A stretch of 64,000 bases of DNA, taken from contig NC_042998.1 in the NCBI RefSeq assembly GCF_006345805.1, forward strand, positions 76,880,001-76,944,000. The letters are read 5' to 3'. The DNA comes from Octopus sinensis. Its lineage: Eukaryota. The translations under genes were made by a program, and so were the position numbers. The notes under the pieces are model-generated. The model did no database searches, was not told the origin of the DNA, and saw nothing but the letters and a program-made list of their open reading frames with translations. This document shows, one piece after another, positions 57,821-64,000 of this stretch (positions are counted from its first letter, which is position 1; each line of letters starts with the position of its first letter).

Positions 57821-58149
57821 TTGAATCCTAATTTGTATTAAATCTAATTTTGGTACAACATCTTTTTTCCTCCATTTTCTATAATTGTTTATGGTATATT
57901 TATACCTATAACGATATTTTTCAACTACACATATATGTATATTTTGATATACCTACTTTCACATACATACGTACACACACGTATGTATACGTATCTACAC
58001 TACTCAAGTTTTTAAGTTCACATATTATATTGGGGGAGGGGGATTAGCGAAATGGTAGAGTACGTCCGGGGGTTGTTCATCACTTCAACGATCTAATTAT
58101 TGAAAGTGTGGGTGCCATCCTCTTCTATTTGGATCTATGCATTTTTTTA

Positions 58150-58990
58150 AGCAAAGAGAGAATCCTGTTATTGGTGGGTGAAATATCCATTTTTGGGTCC
58201 AGTAGTGGTTTGTACGTACTAATGAAGAATTCTGCTTTTTATTTCCGGAAATGTTCGTTGTCCGACCGTAACTTATCGAAGGGCAAGATTGTGAATTTTC
58301 CATTTCCACATGATGCTACGTGTTCACTGCAAGTAGTGTTTCTGGCTGAAAGGTCTCTAATTTTTGTTTCTGTACACTAACTCTGTCATGTCTCGTTCCG
58401 GTTTCACCAATGTAGTATTTTGCACATTGTGGATAATTTACACAGTAAATCTTTTTGTTTGGCAATTCATGCTTGCATTAACTTTGAAAATATCATTGTT
58501 TTTAAAGGAGGTTTGTCCACCCGCTTCAATGTATTCATAAGTTCGGCATCGAGGACCCCCGCATTTCTTAACTTGCATAGTTTCAATGTTAGACATAAAT
58601 TTCGCCTTGGTGAGCATAATTTTTAGTTTGGATACTTGACGTCTGCTATATATTATTTGTGAGTCTTATATGAGTGCATTAATTTTGTGGGATTGCTGAA
58701 AAAATGGGAGATAGTGTTCGGCGGCTTCCACAATGTCGAATTTCCTTGGTTGTAAGTGACAAAAGGGATAACTCCTTTTTCCATCTTATTTTGTTGGTTT
58801 GTTTTTATCAGTGTTGTTACAGAAATGCTCAGGGCCCTGGAGATGCTCGATTTAATGAAGTTTATTCCAGAAAATGAAGCAATATTTTAGGTAACGTTTC
58901 CGGTTATTATTAATGTATGTGGCGAAGTCGTAACTGAACGTTTCCTGCAGCTGGGAATATAGCTTTGTTTCTTGGTTCGTTGTGGGTTAC
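58150..58990 (-). mobile_element. Second Penelope-like relic: RT motif C fragment joined to linker and GIY-YIG
   Basis: KLYSQ...NNNRKRYLKYCFIFWNK (decayed RYLDDCF); GVIPFVT; KKCGGPRC; IYCVNYPQCAKYYIGETG; CSEH...C...FTILPF. Confidence 0.85.
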
Positions 58991-59029
58991 CTAGGATAGA
59001 AGATAAGATGACCTACAAAGATTCCATTC

Positions 59030-59233
59030 TATCATAAACAGGCTTCACGAAGCAATACAATTTACTATGGAATGTAATAGAAAGGAACAACCATTTCTGG
59101 ATATCCTTATCATTAAAAAGGCGAAAATATCGAAACAGACATATCTTACAAATTAATGGACACATACCAATACTTAAATTTCCGGTCAGTACACTCCTCA
59201 CATACTAAAAAAACCCATTCAACATGGTAAGAC

Positions 59234-59240
<7 letters not shown>
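59030..59240 (+). pseudogene. Penelope-like RT thumb fragment, inverted relative to 58150-58990
   Basis: LHEAIQFTME...PFLDILII...IETDISYK..DTYQYLNFRS.H..HTKK..PFNMVRRI. Confidence 0.8.
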
Positions 59241-59278
<38 letters not shown>

Positions 59279-59294
59279 ATATATATATATATAG

Positions 59295-59348
<54 letters not shown>

Positions 59349-60347
59349 ATATATATATAATATATATATATATATGAGATCCAAGGATCGAGGTGTAGGA
59401 AGAACGTTAGCTTCAAGATATTCGTGGTAAATATTAAAACAACTGTCAAGGAAAATAGTGGTTTATTGAGATGGAAAGTTGTACGATAAATTGAAAAAAA
59501 TATTTTTATATTGAATCTTCCATGCGGTAACAAGTACCTCCTTGCGATAATGTAAACTCTCATTTAATCACGATATCGTTGACCTGAAGAGTACATCTCG
59601 CTCGGATATTTACCACTTACTTCCGAGGTTTCTCCCCGTATGAAACATATGTAGGCCGGATCTTATCTACGCCATTTCTTAACTCTTGTATATATATATA
59701 AGACCCACTTCTTCCCATATAAATATCAAATCGCATATTAGTAGGTGGACGGTCACCACACAATCTTACGGCTTCGCAAATAAAGCTGTTACGAATGCCA
59801 ATGAAAAATCCAAAAGGCAAAGAATGGAACAGGTAACGCACGGACTGCAATTGTCTCATAACAAAATGACGATTGTTTCAAAGTAGTAACACACTAAACC
59901 AGATGTTAATCTGCAAGTTTTGTTATCGCAACGTTCAACAAATGTCTCATTTGATCATCATCTCCGAGCGGCAATGTAAAAAGAGACGTTGAGTTAATAA
60001 AGACCTGAAGATTTGCTACGTAGGTTTTGCGTCTGGTACAACTTAAGTAACAAGATTCAATTTCATATGAAATTAAGTGTGTGGGTGTGTGTGAGTGTGT
60101 GCTTGTATGTGTGTGTATGTGTGCGTGTGCGAGTGTATATATGTATATATGTATGCTTTTATACACATTTATGTACTTGTGCGTCACAAATATACACGCA
60201 GCCCCATATACCACTGAACCCTTGAAATAGATGAGATCGTCGGAAGTCTCTTGTCGAAGTAGTAATGTATATGTATATACACATATATAGATATGTACGA
60301 ATACACACATATATATACGCATATGTATACATATATATATAATATAT

Positions 60348-60392
<45 letters not shown>

Positions 60393-60564
60393 AATATTAG
60401 GGAATAAATCCAAATTTACAGGGAAAAAATCAGATTTAGGATTAAATCCAATTTTATAGTAAAATATTATAAAATATTATTAGAGACAAAACCACTATTT
60501 TGCAAAACAAACAAGGAAAGACTTAATCAATACATAAAATTTTAATAAATAGTCAAAAAAACTG

Positions 60565-60607
60565 CCACTACAATTGTTTCTTGTCTTGATCGACAATCTT
60601 CAGGTGG
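60565..60607 (-). ncRNA. Type I hammerhead ribozyme (left arm)
   Basis: Exact reverse complement of 61485-61527. Confidence 0.85.
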
Positions 60608-60990
60608 ACTTCCAATAATGGTACAAGAATTGGGGGATTCTTGTTGAATTCTTCAATTATAGATTGTATCACAAGACCCAGGTTACTATGCATGGTAAAT
60701 TCATTTAATGAAGAACATCCCACAACTTTTGATTGGGAATCCACCCAAGGGTGTTTGGCAGGAGGTTGTATAGTAACAACTGGTTTCTCCTGTGGAAACT
60801 GGGGTGGCAGAGATACTCGGAGGCAAACATTGGTACTGCCACTAACAAATGACACGTGATATTCTACATCTCGAAAAACTTCTTGGATTTTGGGGTTGAC
60901 TTTTTTCAAAGACTCTATTTGCTTGTTTTTCTGAGCTTGAAGATTGGTGGTAGAAACGGCTTTAGTTTTACCCCCCAGTAACCAGTTCAT
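60568..60990 (-). pseudogene. VPS37A: Intronless, 3'-truncated VPS37A (ESCRT-I) retrocopy: N-terminal UEV-like domain, open 140-aa frame
   Basis: MNWL...LQAQK.KQIESL...DVEY...LPPQFPQEKPVV...HPWVD...FTMHSNLG..IQSIIEEF.KNPPILVP matches my recollection of the metazoan VPS37A N-terminus. The C-terminal Mod(r) region is absent. Confidence 0.85.
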
Positions 60991-61119
60991 GTTTGTAATA
61001 TTAAAGCCAGCAGCAGTGATAACAAAACTGTTGACAGGATCGCTTTTACAAGGTTCCAATGTAAAAGCGATCCTGTCAACAGTTTTGTTATCACTGCTGC
61101 TGGCTTTAATATTACAAAC

Positions 61120-61524
61120 ATGAACTGGTTACTGGGGGGTAAAACTAAAGCCGTTTCTACCACCAATCTTCAAGCTCAGAAAAACAAGCAAATAGAGTCT
61201 TTGAAAAAAGTCAACCCCAAAATCCAAGAAGTTTTTCGAGATGTAGTTAGTGGCAGTACCAATGTTTGCCTCCGAGTATCTCTGCCACCCCAGTTTCCAC
61301 AGGAGAAACCAGTTGTTACTATACAACCTCCTGCCAAACACCCTTGGGTGGATTCCCAATCAAAAGTTGTGGGATGTCCTTCATTAAATGAATTTACCAT
61401 GCATAGTAACCTGGGTCTTGTGATACAATCTATAATTGAAGAATTCAACAAGAATCCCCCAATTCTTGTACCATTATTGGAAGTCCACCTGAAGATTGTC
61501 GATCAAGACAAGAAACAATTGTAG
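61120..61524 (+). pseudogene. VPS37A: Second VPS37A retrocopy arm, open 134-aa frame (EYHVSF deleted, one S>P change)
   Basis: Same sequence as the left arm, with ~60 nt of presumed 5' UTR upstream of the ATG. Confidence 0.85.
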
Positions 61525-61527
61525 TGG
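61485..61527 (+). ncRNA. Type I hammerhead ribozyme (right arm)
   Basis: ccac-CTGAAGA-ttgtc-gatcaa-gacaa-GAAA-caattg-TA-gtgg; stem I 4 bp, stem II 5 bp, palindromic stem III, GUA triplet. Confidence 0.85.
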
Positions 61528-61697
61528 CAGTTTTTTTGACTATTTATTAAAATTTTATGTATTGATTAAGTCTTTCCTTGTTTGTTTTGCAAAATAGTGG
61601 TTTTGTCTCTAATAATATTTTATATATATATATATATATATATCACACACGCACACACACGCGCGCACAGACAGACAGACAGACAGACAGACAGATA

Positions 61698-61777
<80 letters not shown>

Positions 61778-61779
<2 letters not shown>

Positions 61780-62486
61780 GTATAGACTCATGTAAAAATC
61801 GAAACTTTTTAGACTATTTTTAGGTCAAAGTTATGGGGCTGACTATTACATGGAAACTACTTTTGAGGGGCTGAAATTTAAGCTAGAATTCAAAGTACGG
61901 TATCAGCAACAGAGCGCCAACTAATCTCTCAGCTAATAAAAACAAAGACAAAATTAATTACAGTAATATTACCAATTCTATTGAATGATTTTAGGCTTAC
62001 CAAAATCGTCTTTGTACGAATTCAGACAATGGCTTTTGCCAGTGTTCGCCAATAGTGTTGTCTGTGAAGCACGTTTCTCACTATTTAAACAACGGGTGTG
62101 TGATGCATGTATTTATTGTGCTTGAAGATGCATGTATTTATTGTGCTTGAAGATCTATGTAGACTTGCAAAATATTCTGTGGATATATTTTAGAAATGGT
62201 GAGGTAGCACCCATCAACAGATGTGTAGTGCTCTCTATTACATGATGTTTTACTATAAGCAATGAGCATTCCATTATAAGTACTAACTATTGAAACTATA
62301 GAACAGGTTACACTAAGGTAGCTATACATTTTTTGTAACAATTGTGTTTCTACGTACAAGATTATACGGTACTTTCACCCACAAATATTGCTCTGTTCGT
62401 GAAATACTATGGCAAATTCACAATTTTGGGGCCCAAAACAGTGGTCGACTTTTACCTAAGGTTGACTATTATTCGAGTATATACGG
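61778..62486. mobile_element. Tc1/mariner-superfamily (pogo/Tc2-like) MITE
   Basis: Imperfect TIRs 'ccgtatagactcatgtaaaaatcga' and 'ttgactattattcgagtatatacgg', with TA on both sides; no transposase ORF. Confidence 0.7.
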
Positions 62487-62671
62487 TATTATATATATAT
62501 ATTGTGAGAGTAAGTGACTCTGCGGAGAATTCGTCCGTGTTTACGGGTCTGCGTCCAGTATGTATGTAAACTAAATTCCGATGCGTTGACGGTTACGATG
62601 CGCTGGATAGTTGTGTGCTTCTCCGTCTCACACATGTCTTGTTTGCTTGTGTGTGTGTGTGGTGTGTGTGT

Positions 62672-62729
<58 letters not shown>

Positions 62730-64000
62730 TGTGTGTGTACGTGCGAGCGTGTGAATGTTTCATGTTTGTGTGATGTCATATTTTCCCAGTGATTAACTCT
62801 TGTCTACCACTGGTGGAATGTATATACTTGAATGTGACTATATTTATATATCTGCGTATGATTTTGTGAGCGTGCGTTTGCGAGTTAGTCGTCGTATGTA
62901 GACACCTGTGCCTGTGTCTACGGGAGTGTGTATACAAGCGAATGTGTATGCAGTCCATTGTTTATGCGCACGAGTATTTACGCGCGCATGTGTTAGCGTG
63001 CCTGAAGCGTGCCTGTAGTGGTGTAAGAGGTAAGAATAGAAGAGGAACAAAGAGAGAACCAGGTAAGCGAGAGACTATTTAAAAGAATCGATTTGCCGTC
63101 ACTGGCAATATTATTATTCGATGCGAATTCGTTCGATTTCGTGCTTGTGTGTTTGCGTATGAGCGTCTGTGTGAGCGTGTGAATGAGAGTTTGCCGGCAT
63201 ATGTTTCTTATGGGGGTCTGGATTTGATTGTGCGTTGCTGTGTGTACGTTCGTGTATGTGTGTGTTGTGCTTATGTGTCTGTGTACGCACGCGTGTATTT
63301 ATGTGTATGTTTGTAATTTGAAGCAAATATGTTTGTTATATTCGTTTATATTAGCGTAACATGTCTATGATATCTGCATAATCAGTGTGACTCGTTCGCA
63401 CGTGAGGCATAAAATTTATAACTATCTAGGGTATGCTAACTTACCCATGACCTCAAAGCGTGATTCTTCATTATCTGAGTCTGGCTGATATATCAACTAC
63501 TTTCGTGAAATACATGAGCTCTCCTTGAGGCTTTTCACTATCTCAATAAAGAATACATTATACATATTTGTATATTGAGTCTTCATTTGAATTATAATTT
63601 TCTCAAATCTAAACAGGGTATGCCACACATACATGCACATACACATACAGAATATGGTTTAGGCTACTGTTGATCCAAACTAATAGACTGTGTAAGTGCT
63701 GCAATTCATAAGCTGCTAGGATTCATATACACAATGAAGGACTGAGTTGGGGTTTCGCGCCATGCTTCCGAGTCAACGGGTATAAATTAAAGGAAGAGGA
63801 AATCAGAACAAAGACAAGACAAACTTATCAGTCTATTTAAATTATTTTAATGATTATAATGGTGAATCGTATCAAGCAAAAGTAAATAATCCTTTCTACT
63901 ACAGGCACAATACCTAAAATTTGGTGGGACGGAACGAGTCGATTACACCGACCTCAGTGTTTCACTGGTACTTAATTTATCGATCACAAAAGGATGAAAG

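Larger units (their letters stand above)
60468..61624. repeat. Long palindrome: arms 60468-61050 and 61060-61624, 9-nt spacer
   Basis: The arms are reverse complements apart from an 18-nt indel and one substitution that I could find; spacer 'aggttccaa'; (TA)n outside both ends. Confidence 0.95.

Noticed and set aside
59581-59612. CTGAAGAG...CTCGGAT as a hammerhead
   Set aside because: GAAA is absent and there is no stem I complement.
60991-61059. 23-aa N-terminal extension in the ORF track (60568..61059)
   Set aside because: Starts at a non-ATG codon in the palindrome spacer and reads through presumed 5' UTR; VPS37A similarity begins at the ATG at 60990.
63040-63070. Strong splice donor CAG|GTAAGC (also CAG|GTGAGT at ~52922)
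   Set aside because: Isolated donors without an identifiable exon are expected by chance.

Overview
AT-rich, microsatellite-saturated eukaryotic DNA made mostly of mobile-element debris. The SINE/LINE content suggests a coleoid cephalopod, probably Octopus (inference). No intact host gene is evident, and most ORFs in the track are microsatellite translations. Recognisable elements: a decayed Tx1/L1-clade LINE inside a (TATC)n array, two mariner relics, a Gypsy LTR relic nested in one of them, a head-to-head pair of CR1-group LINE 3' ends, a non-autonomous Helitron, a TA-flanked MITE, several tRNA-derived SINE families, an R4/Dong-like fragment and several Penelope-like element (PLE) relics. 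The main hidden signal is about ten minimal type I hammerhead ribozyme (HHR) motifs, mostly in short (TA)n-anchored PLE pseudo-LTR units with different palindromic stem III sequences. The most striking feature is a ~1.16 kb near-perfect palindrome (60468-61624). Each arm is an intronless VPS37A 5' mRNA fragment fused in frame to an HHR-bearing pLTR, which suggests PLE-mediated capture and fold-back retroposition of a host mRNA. All structures were read by eye; none was confirmed by database search or folding software.
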